From an uncultured bacterium (lineage in GTDB: Bacteria; Bacteroidota; Bacteroidia; CAILMK01), in the NCBI GenBank assembly GCA_903829945.1, contig CAIKRV010000059.1:5897-69896 (forward strand): a DNA stretch of 64,000 bases, read 5' to 3'. The position numbers and the translations under genes were made by a program. The notes beneath the pieces are model-generated. The model ran no database searches. It was not told where the DNA came from and worked only from the letters and a program-made list of their open reading frames with translations. The number at the start of each line of letters is the position of its first letter. Positions within the stretch are counted from its first letter, which is position 1. Shown here in pieces: positions 1-8,970 of this stretch.

Positions 1-1880
1 CAAGTAAATATAAAAGCAGTACCTTGACCAAGAGCAGATTCAACTCTAATTTCCCCACCAGCTTCCTGAATGATTTTCTTAACAATGGTTAGGCCAACGC
101 CCGTACTTTCAATGGTGTCCCTGGAATGTAAGGTTTGGAAGATTTTAAAGATTATTTCATGATATTGCGGATCAATACCGGGTCCGTCATCCTTAACTTC
201 AAATTCTATAAATTCATTTTTGTCCCTAGCTAAAATATTAATCTTTCCATGTTCCTTATCATGGTACTTAATGGCATTACTAATTAAGTTGGAAAATACT
301 TGCTGCAGCTTTAATCGCTCACCATCAATATTTTGAATATTTAAATCTAAATTAAATTCAAATTTATCATCCGGAGATAGCATTTCTTTGACCTCTTCAA
401 CCAATTGAGCCACATTTATAGTTTCGCATTTAGCTTTTTGCCTGCCCACCCTTGAATAATCTAAAACTCCGTTAATCAACGATTCCATTCTTGAAACCCT
501 GGAGCGCAACATGCTTAAGTTTTTTATAGTTTCCTCATCCGCTACTGATGAAATATCCTCTTGTATCCAAGTTGATAAACTTTGTATAGCTCGCAATGGC
601 GCTTTTAAATCATGTGATATAATATATGCAAATTGATCTAATTCCTGATTTATTCCTTTTATCTTTTCCTCTACTTCCTTTCTTACTGTAATATCTGTAA
701 AAGTTGCTATGCTTCCGGTATAGTTACCACTTTCATCGAAGGTTGGACTTCCGCTCACGATTACATAAGCTACGGCACCGGACTTCTTATATATTTTCAA
801 CTCATATTGATCAGCTACACCTTCAGAACGTAATTTTATTTTACTTTCTAATACCTTTTTACCCTCCTCGTCCAACAAAATACTCAAGCTACCTTTACCC
901 AGAATCTCATCAACACTATATTCCGTCATACGATAAAAATTATCGTTCGCAAATAATATCTCATCAAATTGATTGGTTTGGACTATACCATCAATCATGG
1001 TCTCAATTAATCTCTTATACTTGTCTTCAGTTTGCTTTACTTTTATTTCACTTGCTTTTTCTTTAGTGATATCCCTACAGAAATAAGATACCCCGGTTAT
1101 AGTTCCATCCGGGAGCTTAATTGGATTCACAAAGCCTTCTAATAAATTAGTAGTATTATGTCTAACTGAATTAATATCGAACTTAACAAATTCACCCTGT
1201 AGTGCTTTGTCAAAATATTTTTTTCGTTCAATTTTCTGCGTTGGATTACAATCTTTGAAAATATCATCTCCAATATTTATTTCCTTTTGGAAAGTATCCC
1301 AATACATTTTTTTATAATTCTCATTGATTACGGTAACCTTACCCTCCACATCCACGGCCCATATAGCATCTTCCGTATTTTCAATAATTGCATTTACATT
1401 AGCAAATTGTTTGAGCAATTCATTTTCTTTTTCATATTGCTCAGTAATATCATGGCCGCTTACTAATATGGCCTTCCTTTCATTAAAAGAAAATAGTTCC
1501 TCCTTTACTTTACATTTTAAAATTCTTCCCGATTTAGTTTTTTGATCAATTATTCGATTGCATTCTTTTCTTTCATGGCAAGTATCAAAAAATTCAGATA
1601 TGGATAAATTCTTTGGATTATATAAAATATCATTAAAGTACAAATGATCAAATTCTTCCTTAGTAAAGGCGAACGTTTGAACCATGGCGTCATTAACGAG
1701 TAAAAACTTGCCGGTTTCCGCATCGAGAATAAAAATAAAATCAGAGGAGTGATTTAGGATAAACTCTGAATCGATATACTCAGAATCACTTCTGTTTTTT
1801 AATAGATAGATAATTAATCCGAAGGTAATGGTTATTACAAAAATAACCAGGAAGGTAAAAAGGATAGGATGTAACGTCAT
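1..1880 (-). CDS. Multi-PAS sensor histidine kinase (3' end runs off the window; absent from the ORF track)
   Basis: Manual translation from ATG at 1880 (MTLHPILFTFLVIF, one N-terminal TM) stays open to base 1. It has PAS/PAC segments (VSGHDITEQ, FCRDITKE, TFTDITVRK), H-box FAYIISHDLKAPLRAI, N-box QVFSNLISNAIKY, G1 VKDDGPGI and G2 STGVGLTIVKKII. Confidence 0.92.
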   Translation of the reverse strand, partial: MTLHPILFTFLVIFVITITFGLIIYLLKNRSDSEYIDSEFILNHSSDFIFILDAETGKFLLVNDAMVQTFAFTKEEFDHLYFNDILYNPKNLSISEFFDTCHERKECNRIIDQKTKSGRILKCKVKEELFSFNERKAILVSGHDITEQYEKENELLKQFANVNAIIENTEDAIWAVDVEGKVTVINENYKKMYWDTFQKEINIGDDIFKDCNPTQKIERKKYFDKALQGEFVKFDINSVRHNTTNLLEGFVNPIKLPDGTITGVSYFCRDITKEKASEIKVKQTEDKYKRLIETMIDGIVQTNQFDEILFANDNFYRMTEYSVDEILGKGSLSILLDEEGKKVLESKIKLRSEGVADQYELKIYKKSGAVAYVIVSGSPTFDESGNYTGSIATFTDITVRKEVEEKIKGINQELDQFAYIISHDLKAPLRAIQSLSTWIQEDISSVADEETIKNLSMLRSRVSRMESLINGVLDYSRVGRQKAKCETINVAQLVEEVKEMLSPDDKFEFNLDLNIQNIDGERLKLQQVFSNLISNAIKYHDKEHGKINILARDKNEFIEFEVKDDGPGIDPQYHEIIFKIFQTLHSRDTIESTGVGLTIVKKIIQEAGGEIRVESALGQGTAFIFT

Positions 1881-2051
1881 TTCAAATAGTATTATTGACC
1901 TTAAAATTGTTACCGATTGAATAAACGTTCTTAATAGTTTCAAAACTATAATGAAACCATTTGATAATATTTACTGATTAACTAAAAATTGCCACATGTA
2001 AGAATATCAGGAATTGTGTTAAAAATAAAAGCTTTATAATTAAAGCTACAT

Positions 2052-2089
2052 AAAAAAAGCGCCCCTCCTTTCGGAGGGTACGCCAAAAA
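2052..2089 (-). terminator. Intrinsic terminator after the sigma54 response regulator
   Basis: Minus strand GCGTACCCTCC-GAAA-GGAGGGGCGC followed by TTTTTTT, about 50 nt after the stop at 2135. Confidence 0.8.
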
Positions 2090-2134
2090 TAATATATGAA
2101 TATGAAATTTTTTACCCTTATAGGGTTTTAATTC

Positions 2135-3424
2135 TTATGCTGCTACTGCTGAGGATGCAAATACTATATCATCCACGAGTATTAAATTTTTATCTGCAAT
2201 AATTGCTGCACGCTCTACCGTGGCTTTTAATTCTCTTACATTGCCAGGCCAATTATGTTTCATAAAGGCCTCAAGAGCTTCCCTGGTAAAAGATTTTGCC
2301 GGCATTTGATTTGCTTCACAAAAATTCTTTAAGAAATATTTTGTAAGGATAATAATATCATTGCCTCGATCCCTTAATGGGGGTAATTGAATTGGAAATC
2401 CGCTTAAACGATAGTATAAATCTTCACGGAATTTGCCATCCTTTACCATTTGTGGTAAATTTTTATTGGTAGCCGCAACCACCCTTACATCTAATTTTAT
2501 TTCTTTATTTCCACCAACTCTTGTAATGGCGCCTTCCTGAAGTACACGTAATAACTTGCTTTGCATGGATAAATCCATTTCTCCGATTTCATCCAAGAAA
2601 ATTGTTCCACGATTTGCTTCTTCAAATTTCCCTAAACGACGGTTATCTGCCCCGGTAAAAGCTCCCTTTTCATGACCAAAAAGTTCGCTTTCTATTAAAT
2701 CATCCGCTATAGCGGCCATATTAACTGCTACATAAGGCTCACGCATACGAGGTGAATTGTAATGAATAAGCTTTCCAATCATTTCTTTGCCTGTTCCGCT
2801 CTCTCCGGTTACCATTACCATCATATTACTCTTCTCTACCTTTTGCATCATTCTTATTACATTAAGAATCGCTGCACTTTCTCCTATCATTTGATCATAG
2901 CGACTACGATCTATGATTCTATTTTTTAATTCTTCAACTTCTTTTCGCAAGCTTACATTGGCACTCAAATTCTGAATAGAATTGGTAAGCTCCACAATAC
3001 AATTGTCTTTCTTTATAATATAGTCCTTAGCACCGCTCTTGTAGGTTTGAACTACTACTTCTACATCCTCTTGACCGGATAATATTATGCAGGAAATTTC
3101 CGAATTATAACTACTTACTTTTTCTAAAATTTCCAATCCCTTCATATCCGGTAAATTATAATCAATTGAAACAATATCCGGATTTAAATGTAAGTGGTCA
3201 AGAAATGATTTTCCTGTGGTAAAAATGGTTACATCATAATTCAAATTTTTCTCCAGTGAAAACTTCACCGCTTTTCCGAATATGGCATCATCTTCAATAA
3301 TAAATATTTTAATTAATTTATTCTCGGGATGCAATGGAGTGATGGTACTTTCACTAGTTTCTTCTCCCATCGATATGGGAATTGTTTTAGGTCCTTCCTT
3401 CTTAAAAATTGAGGAGAAATTCAT
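2135..3424 (-). CDS. NtrC-family sigma54-dependent response regulator (REC + AAA+), no C-terminal HTH
   Basis: Receiver IFIIEDD...SIDYNLPD; Walker A GESGTGKE; ESELFGHEKGAFTGA; Walker B FLDEI; FREDLYYRL; WPGNVREL. Confidence 0.93.
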   Translation of the reverse strand: MNFSSIFKKEGPKTIPISMGEETSESTITPLHPENKLIKIFIIEDDAIFGKAVKFSLEKNLNYDVTIFTTGKSFLDHLHLNPDIVSIDYNLPDMKGLEILEKVSSYNSEISCIILSGQEDVEVVVQTYKSGAKDYIIKKDNCIVELTNSIQNLSANVSLRKEVEELKNRIIDRSRYDQMIGESAAILNVIRMMQKVEKSNMMVMVTGESGTGKEMIGKLIHYNSPRMREPYVAVNMAAIADDLIESELFGHEKGAFTGADNRRLGKFEEANRGTIFLDEIGEMDLSMQSKLLRVLQEGAITRVGGNKEIKLDVRVVAATNKNLPQMVKDGKFREDLYYRLSGFPIQLPPLRDRGNDIIILTKYFLKNFCEANQMPAKSFTREALEAFMKHNWPGNVRELKATVERAAIIADKNLILVDDIVFASSAVAA

Positions 3425-3496
3425 ATTATTACTTTTAATTTATTGGTATCTTAGTTTGTAAATTCTAGTCTAAATCTGCGCTTTTAAGTTTTAAAA

Positions 3497-3976
3497 TTAC
3501 ATGGTTAAGGTTACATTGCCTGTTTTATTAATTTCTTCACCATCATAACCTTTTGCAGTTATTTGATAAATGTAAACTGAATTTGCAACTACCCTGCCGT
3601 GAAAATTTCCATCCCAGGTTTCATGAACATCATAGGAATGGTACACAATTTCACCCCATTTATTTAATATGGTAATTTCAAATTCTTTAATATTTTGTCC
3701 TGAAACCCCAAATCTATCATTTAATCCATCATTGTTTGGAGTAAAAACATTGGGTACATATAATGTAATTGGAGGTGCTACTTTAGCTACGTTAGAACGA
3801 CTATTTATTTTATTATCACCTGCTTTATATGCTGTTACTCTATATTGACGAGGGCCGTCGTAAACCACTTGAGCCTTTGCTTTACTAGAAAAAACAATCA
3901 TCATCACTACCAAAGCGATAAAGATAAAAATGTTCACCATAAAGAGTGCTATATATTTGTTGATTGTCTTTTTCAT
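3497..3976 (-). CDS. Small secreted protein consisting mostly of a gliding-motility-associated (T9SS type B) C-terminal domain
   Basis: Signal peptide (..KAKAQ), then LYVPNVFTPNNDGLNDRF, ILNKWGEIVY, WDG, YIYQI, KTGNVTL motifs typical of the CHU_C/TIGR04131 domain. Confidence 0.85.
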   Translation of the reverse strand: MKKTINKYIALFMVNIFIFIALVVMMIVFSSKAKAQVVYDGPRQYRVTAYKAGDNKINSRSNVAKVAPPITLYVPNVFTPNNDGLNDRFGVSGQNIKEFEITILNKWGEIVYHSYDVHETWDGNFHGRVVANSVYIYQITAKGYDGEEINKTGNVTLTM

Positions 3977-4000
3977 AACGACTTACTTTAATTGTTAATT

Positions 4001-4008
4001 CAAAACTA
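4001..4008 (-). promoter_or_regulatory. Bacteroidota -7 promoter element (TAGTTTTG) for the CTD gene
   Basis: Exact TAnnTTTG match 24 nt upstream of ATG 3976. Confidence 0.6.
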
Positions 4009-4351
4009 CAAGCAGGGTCCCCAGGAATTTAGATAAAGACCCCCCTTGCTATACGAATGAAAGAAATTTCTAATTCTTAAGCACTTTTATAATTAAGTAC
4101 CTATACCTAGGAATGCACTTGTTACCTATTTATCAGCTAATTACAAACAAACTATCCACTAACAAGAACTATTATTGACTTGTTAGAAATCTGATATTAT
4201 GTGATGTTTTATAGCATTTCCATATAAAATGAAGCTTATCATCCTTGATTTTGTAGGAAAAGGAAAGCGAAATAATAAAATTTCAAAGCTTTTTAAATCT
4301 TAAAACTAAAATTCTAAGCACTATAAAGTCTTAAATACTGATAAGACTTCT

Positions 4352-4359
4352 TAATTTTG
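4352..4359 (+). promoter_or_regulatory. -7 promoter element (TAATTTTG) for kynU
   Basis: Exact TAnnTTTG match 20 nt upstream of ATG 4380. Confidence 0.65.
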
Positions 4360-4379
4360 TCGCCTAATGTTACTTATAT

Positions 4380-5651
4380 ATGCTATTTGAAAATTCCATA
4401 GAGTTTGCTAATGAATTAGATCAATTGGATGCCTTACGATCCTATCGTGATTTATTTCATATTCCTAAAAAGGACGGAAAAGAATTGGCATATTTCTGTG
4501 GAAATAGTTTAGGACTTCAACCAAAGAGCACGCGAGCATATATTGAAACGGAATTAAAAAGTTGGGAAGAACATGCCGTTGAAGGGCATTTTGAAGGTAA
4601 GCATCCTTGGATGTATTACCATAAAATGTTTGCTGAACCGCTTGCTAAAATTGTAGGCGCACTACCACATGAAGTTGTAGTAATGAACAATCTTAGTGTT
4701 AATTTACACTTAATGATGGTTAGTTTTTATAAACCTACACCAACTAGATTTAAAATTATTATTGAAGGTGGTGCTTTCCCTTCTGATCAATATGCAGTAG
4801 AAAGTCAAGTTAAATTCCATGGATTTAATCCTGATGAGGCTATTATTGAATTAATCCCACGAGCCGGAGAATACTGTTTACAAACAGACGATATTTTACA
4901 ATGCATCAGGGATAATAAAGAAAGTTTGGCCTTGGTTATGCTTGGAGGTGTAAATTATTATACCGGCCAAGTATTTAATATGAAAGAAATAAGTGAGGCA
5001 GCACATGATGCAGGAGCCTTGGTCGGTTTTGATTTAGCACATGCTGCCGGTAATGTTGACTTAGCGCTTCATGATTGGAATACTGATTTTGCCGTATGGT
5101 GTTCTTATAAATACCTAAATTCCGGCCCCGGCGGAAGCTCCGGTGTCTTTGTACATGAAAGATGGGCCAATGATTCAACTTTGCCTCGATTTGCCGGCTG
5201 GTGGGGTTATGAGGAAGCAACGCGATTTAAAATGCAGAAAGGCTTCAAACCGATGTATGGTGCGGCCGGTTGGCAATTAAGCAATGCTCAAATTTTACCT
5301 ATGGCAGCTCATAAAGCCTCCTTAGATATTTTTGAAAAAGTGGGCATGGAAGCGCTTGTTGCAAAAACTAAAATGCTAAGTTCTTACCTGATATTTTTAT
5401 TGGAGGATAATTTTAAAAAGACCGATCAAACCGAACTGATTATTATAACTCCATTGGATAGTCATCAGAGAGGTGCTCAAATATCTCTATTAACCGGAGA
5501 AAATGGCAAGAACCTCTATAATAAGCTTAATAGCCAAGGCATTATCACCGACTGGAGGGAACCAAATGTGATTAGGGTAGCACCGGTCCCTTTGTACAAT
5601 ACTTTTACTGATGTATATAGGTTTGCAAATACTATTTGCTCCGAATTGTAA
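4380..5651 (+). CDS. kynU: Kynureninase (PLP-dependent)
   Basis: YFCGNSLGLQP, GFDLAHAAGN, WCSYKYLNSGPG (PLP lysine), GWWG, DWREPNVIRVAPVPLYNTF. Confidence 0.96.
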   Translation: MLFENSIEFANELDQLDALRSYRDLFHIPKKDGKELAYFCGNSLGLQPKSTRAYIETELKSWEEHAVEGHFEGKHPWMYYHKMFAEPLAKIVGALPHEVVVMNNLSVNLHLMMVSFYKPTPTRFKIIIEGGAFPSDQYAVESQVKFHGFNPDEAIIELIPRAGEYCLQTDDILQCIRDNKESLALVMLGGVNYYTGQVFNMKEISEAAHDAGALVGFDLAHAAGNVDLALHDWNTDFAVWCSYKYLNSGPGGSSGVFVHERWANDSTLPRFAGWWGYEEATRFKMQKGFKPMYGAAGWQLSNAQILPMAAHKASLDIFEKVGMEALVAKTKMLSSYLIFLLEDNFKKTDQTELIIITPLDSHQRGAQISLLTGENGKNLYNKLNSQGIITDWREPNVIRVAPVPLYNTFTDVYRFANTICSEL

Positions 5652-5820
5652 AGCAAACTTTGATAAAGATTAAACGTTACGGCAATTTAACGATAAATTA
5701 AAGGAGTTAGTCGAAACGCAAATAAATGTATATACATTACTACATACATTTGAATTATTAATTGAAAATAAAGCAGAAAGCCTTTGGCTGAAGCTCAAAA
5801 TAGTGTGTGAGTGGGTTTTT

Positions 5821-5856
5821 ACGGGCGTATCCTTAGGGGTCGCCCGTTTTGTTTTT
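5821..5856 (+). terminator. Intrinsic terminator-like hairpin
   Basis: ACGGGCG-T-ATCC-TTAG-GGGT-CGCCCGT followed by TTTGTTTTT. Confidence 0.65.
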
Positions 5857-5917
5857 ATATTATTGTTAATCAATTAATTAATGTCACCATTCCAGTTTTT
5901 TGATAGTGACATATTGA

Positions 5918-6769
5918 TTGCATACAACTGATACTCCCATCATTTTAATTACTTTTGCCAATAGAAGCACAAATATTTTGAAATCTTTAATTCCCATTTG
6001 GTTAAAACGTGTAGCATGGTATCTTTTTAAAAGCCCGCAGCGTAGCATTGGATTAGCGTCAAGTTGGATGATTGAAATCATTGGCTTTTGCACAATTCAA
6101 TTTTACACTTATATATATAAGAACAAGAAATTAAAGCCCGTCAGTATTTGTACCGGACTAAAAAACAGAAGTGATCATTATCTAACTATTACTTTGGCCT
6201 CCATTTTAAAAATGCGCCACCAGGAATTAATTGAATTATCCGTTTATGATTGTGGCAGTAATGATGTTTCGGATTTAGTTTCCGAAATCAGAAAACATTG
6301 GCAAGGCTCCTTGATTTACCATTCAGAAGAACTTAGCTTTGAGCGAAGCAAAATTTTCAATCGTGCCATTGCACAATGTACTAATGAATTATTTTTTGTT
6401 TCTGATGCAGACATGGAACTTCCTGAAAACTTAGTAGCCTTATGCAATACTTATGTGCATCCTAAAATAGTTTGGTTCCCAATATGTTTTCATTTATTTC
6501 AGAATAAAAAAAATATTATGAGTCCCGAAAATGGGTCTTGGCGTTATTCCGGAATGGGCATTTTTGCCTCATTAAAAAATTCATTTTATGCAGTTGGTGC
6601 ATATGATGAAAAATTTAAAACATGGGGAGAGGAGGATATAGATTTGTGGACGAGATATTATAAAAACGGAATTTATCCTTATCGAAATAAATGTAAAGGC
6701 TTATTTCACCATTATCATGAAACAGCTGAAGGAGCCAAGGAGTTTATACCAAATAAAAATTTTGATTAA
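5918..6769 (+). CDS. GT-A fold glycosyltransferase (GT2/GT7-like, galactosyltransferase C-terminal type)
   Basis: FERSKIFN, DxD motif (SDAD), GAYDEKFKTWGEEDIDL, LFHHYH. Confidence 0.78.
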   Translation: MHTTDTPIILITFANRSTNILKSLIPIWLKRVAWYLFKSPQRSIGLASSWMIEIIGFCTIQFYTYIYKNKKLKPVSICTGLKNRSDHYLTITLASILKMRHQELIELSVYDCGSNDVSDLVSEIRKHWQGSLIYHSEELSFERSKIFNRAIAQCTNELFFVSDADMELPENLVALCNTYVHPKIVWFPICFHLFQNKKNIMSPENGSWRYSGMGIFASLKNSFYAVGAYDEKFKTWGEEDIDLWTRYYKNGIYPYRNKCKGLFHHYHETAEGAKEFIPNKNFD

Positions 6770-8101
6770 TTAAACGATTTTCCCTTTCCATAAGCCGCTC
6801 TTAAGGCGCCAATAGCTTCCGAGCCCCATCAGAACCATGTACACTAATTCTGCGGTCCAAATAAAAGAAATACCCATATGCCAAACTTTGGCCATACTTA
6901 CAAAGTAACTTACATAAATTAATATCGTTACCAATTCTATGTATAAGGCAAATTTGGTATCTCCGGAACCGGAAACACCATTTAAAAAAACAAACGCAGC
7001 AGGGAACATCAATAAAGCTACAGCCACAATTCTTAAAGGAGCTGTTCCTTCCATAATAATATCCGAACGATTGGTAAATATTCCTATGATGGGTTCAGGA
7101 AAACAAAAGCATATCACTACAGGAATGGCCACAATTAAAGTGGCTAACCAAGCAATTTTTCTTAGAAGATTAATCACCTCCTCAGTTCTGTTCTGACCAA
7201 TAATATTTGCAGTTAAGCTATTACTTGCTGCAGCAAATCCCCAGAGCGGAATCATAAACAACATGTAAATATTTTTAATAATAGTAGATACCGCTAAAGT
7301 TCTCTCACCAATTTTTTCAATCACAATAAAAAATAATAACCATGAAGAAAAGGAAACCCAACTTTGAATCATTAGTGGAGTACCGGTTTTCAAAATATTC
7401 CAAATATATTTTATTTGAAATTTTGAAAATCGAAGTGCTTTATATTTTTTGACCACAGGAATAAACATTGTAATTAAAAAATATCCTCCAAATGCAATAC
7501 CTTCTGCCAATATGGAAGAATATGCGGCACCAATTATTCCATATTTCTTAAATGGTCCATGACCAAAAATTAATAAATAATCAAAAAGAACATTGATGCC
7601 CGCAGATAAAAAAGTAATAATGGTAATCACTCTGGTATGAGTAATGCCAATATAAAATGAGCGAAGGCATACCATTAAACAAATAAATACAATTCCATAC
7701 ATCCTTATAGATAAGTAGGAAGCACAGGCTTCATATATTTGAGTGGAACTTATAAAATATCGCAATAAAGAAGAAGCAAATAAGTGCATTAAACCTAACA
7801 TTAGTAAGGCTAAAAATGTAAATAAAATCATTCCGTGCGTTAGGATGGTGCCGGCTTCTTCAAAGTGCTCTTCTCCGTTTCTTCTTCCAATAATTGTTTG
7901 AATACCTCCGGCCAAACCCAAGGCTAAAATTGCGAAATTAAAGTAAAACAAACCACCTAAACCTACTGCACCTACACTTACCTGGCCCAATTGACCTACG
8001 AAGGCAGTATTTATTGCCGTATTAATATTTTCTGCAATTGCTCCAATCATAATCGGATAAGCAATTTGCCATATATCTTTATAAGTTATAGTTGTTTTCA
8101 T
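6770..8101 (-). CDS. MATE family efflux transporter
   Basis: About 12 TM segments; IAYPIMIG, NTAFVGQLG, NVLFDYLLIFG, GIIGAAYSS. Start placed at ATG 8101; the track's TTG 8119 lies inside a palindrome. Confidence 0.92.
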   Translation of the reverse strand: MKTTITYKDIWQIAYPIMIGAIAENINTAINTAFVGQLGQVSVGAVGLGGLFYFNFAILALGLAGGIQTIIGRRNGEEHFEEAGTILTHGMILFTFLALLMLGLMHLFASSLLRYFISSTQIYEACASYLSIRMYGIVFICLMVCLRSFYIGITHTRVITIITFLSAGINVLFDYLLIFGHGPFKKYGIIGAAYSSILAEGIAFGGYFLITMFIPVVKKYKALRFSKFQIKYIWNILKTGTPLMIQSWVSFSSWLLFFIVIEKIGERTLAVSTIIKNIYMLFMIPLWGFAAASNSLTANIIGQNRTEEVINLLRKIAWLATLIVAIPVVICFCFPEPIIGIFTNRSDIIMEGTAPLRIVAVALLMFPAAFVFLNGVSGSGDTKFALYIELVTILIYVSYFVSMAKVWHMGISFIWTAELVYMVLMGLGSYWRLKSGLWKGKIV

Positions 8102-8108
8102 GAAATAA

Positions 8109-8133
8109 TAAAGACGCAAATCTTGCGTCTTTA
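8109..8133. repeat. Perfect 11-bp palindrome (REP-like or terminator)
   Basis: TAAAGACGCAA-ATC-TTGCGTCTTTA between the beta-barrel gene and MATE. Confidence 0.55.
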
Positions 8134-8169
8134 AAGTTAAAATTACAAGTAAGAAGGATTATGATTAGA

Positions 8170-8835
8170 TTAAAAAATATATCCTACACCAAGCTTAAAT
8201 TGTCCGGTAAAATATTTATTTGAATATTTATTAGTTACATCTATTTCATTTCCATTGCTATCAAAACCGGGAAAAATATGGGTTCCAATTTCCATGGCAA
8301 TTCCAAACCCTAACATATTGCTCATGAAAAGATGCTTATTTAAATGTAAATGATACCCAATGCCCGTAATTAAATTATAATTATTTGTTTTATAAGATTC
8401 AGGATAATTAGAATAGTATGGGTATGGATAGTTGAAATCAAAATTATATGGACCGGAATAACTATAATTATAATATTCTATATCATAATATAAATACACA
8501 TCAAATTTAGTTTTACTGGAAGATAGAAATTTTCGATAATTTATACCGAATCCATTCACAGTTTCACTGGTAGGAATAGTTGCATTGCTATAGGTACTTG
8601 TATTCGATAAAACGAGGCGCGGGCCAACTCCAATCAAATTATCCCCAAACGAGAAAACCAAATCAGGACAAAATACAACATAACTTAGATTTCTTGGTGT
8701 ATTTGATAATTCCATACTCGGAAAAATACCGATGCCATTTTTAGTTAAATTATCATATTTTTGATCTTGTGCGGAAACTTGAAAAATTCCCAGTAAAGAA
8801 AATATTCCTATTAAAAAATATTTAAATTTTTTCAT
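8170..8835 (-). CDS. Hypothetical outer-membrane beta-barrel protein
   Basis: Signal peptide (..QVSAQ), amphipathic strands, C-terminal beta-signal KLGVGYIF. ATG 8835 preferred over TTG 8853. Confidence 0.7.
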   Translation of the reverse strand: MKKFKYFLIGIFSLLGIFQVSAQDQKYDNLTKNGIGIFPSMELSNTPRNLSYVVFCPDLVFSFGDNLIGVGPRLVLSNTSTYSNATIPTSETVNGFGINYRKFLSSSKTKFDVYLYYDIEYYNYSYSGPYNFDFNYPYPYYSNYPESYKTNNYNLITGIGYHLHLNKHLFMSNMLGFGIAMEIGTHIFPGFDSNGNEIDVTNKYSNKYFTGQFKLGVGYIF

Positions 8836-8920
8836 AATTATTGTTTTGTTCAAAGTAACAATAAATAAATCTTACCTCAAAATAATTTCCTTGTATGTAA
8901 CAAATATTTTTATTCTGTAA

Positions 8921-8949
8921 AAAAAAAACGCCACCCGAAGGCAGCGTTT
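8921..8949 (-). terminator. Intrinsic terminator after the M23/LysM gene
   Basis: Minus strand AAACGCTGCC-TTCG-GGTGGCGTTT followed by a long T run. Confidence 0.8.
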
Positions 8950-8970
8950 CATTTATTATGTAATTTAAAA

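Noticed and set aside
704-1545. Plus-strand ORFs 704..1066 and 1324..1545
   Set aside because: Antisense shadows of the minus-strand PAS histidine kinase, with no recognisable motifs.
1934-1949. ATAGTTT-CA-AAACTAT dyad over the kinase promoter
   Set aside because: Short and AT-only, and partly created by the -7 element itself; likely chance.
2000-2134. Possible stop readthrough or frameshift restoring an HTH on the sigma54 regulator
   Set aside because: The downstream in-frame sequence (ELKPYKGKKFHIH..) is not HTH-like and runs into a terminator.
5670-5873. 67-aa minus-strand ORF in the kynU-GT spacer
   Set aside because: Low-complexity Asn/Ser/Thr sequence, crosses a terminator hairpin, no motif.
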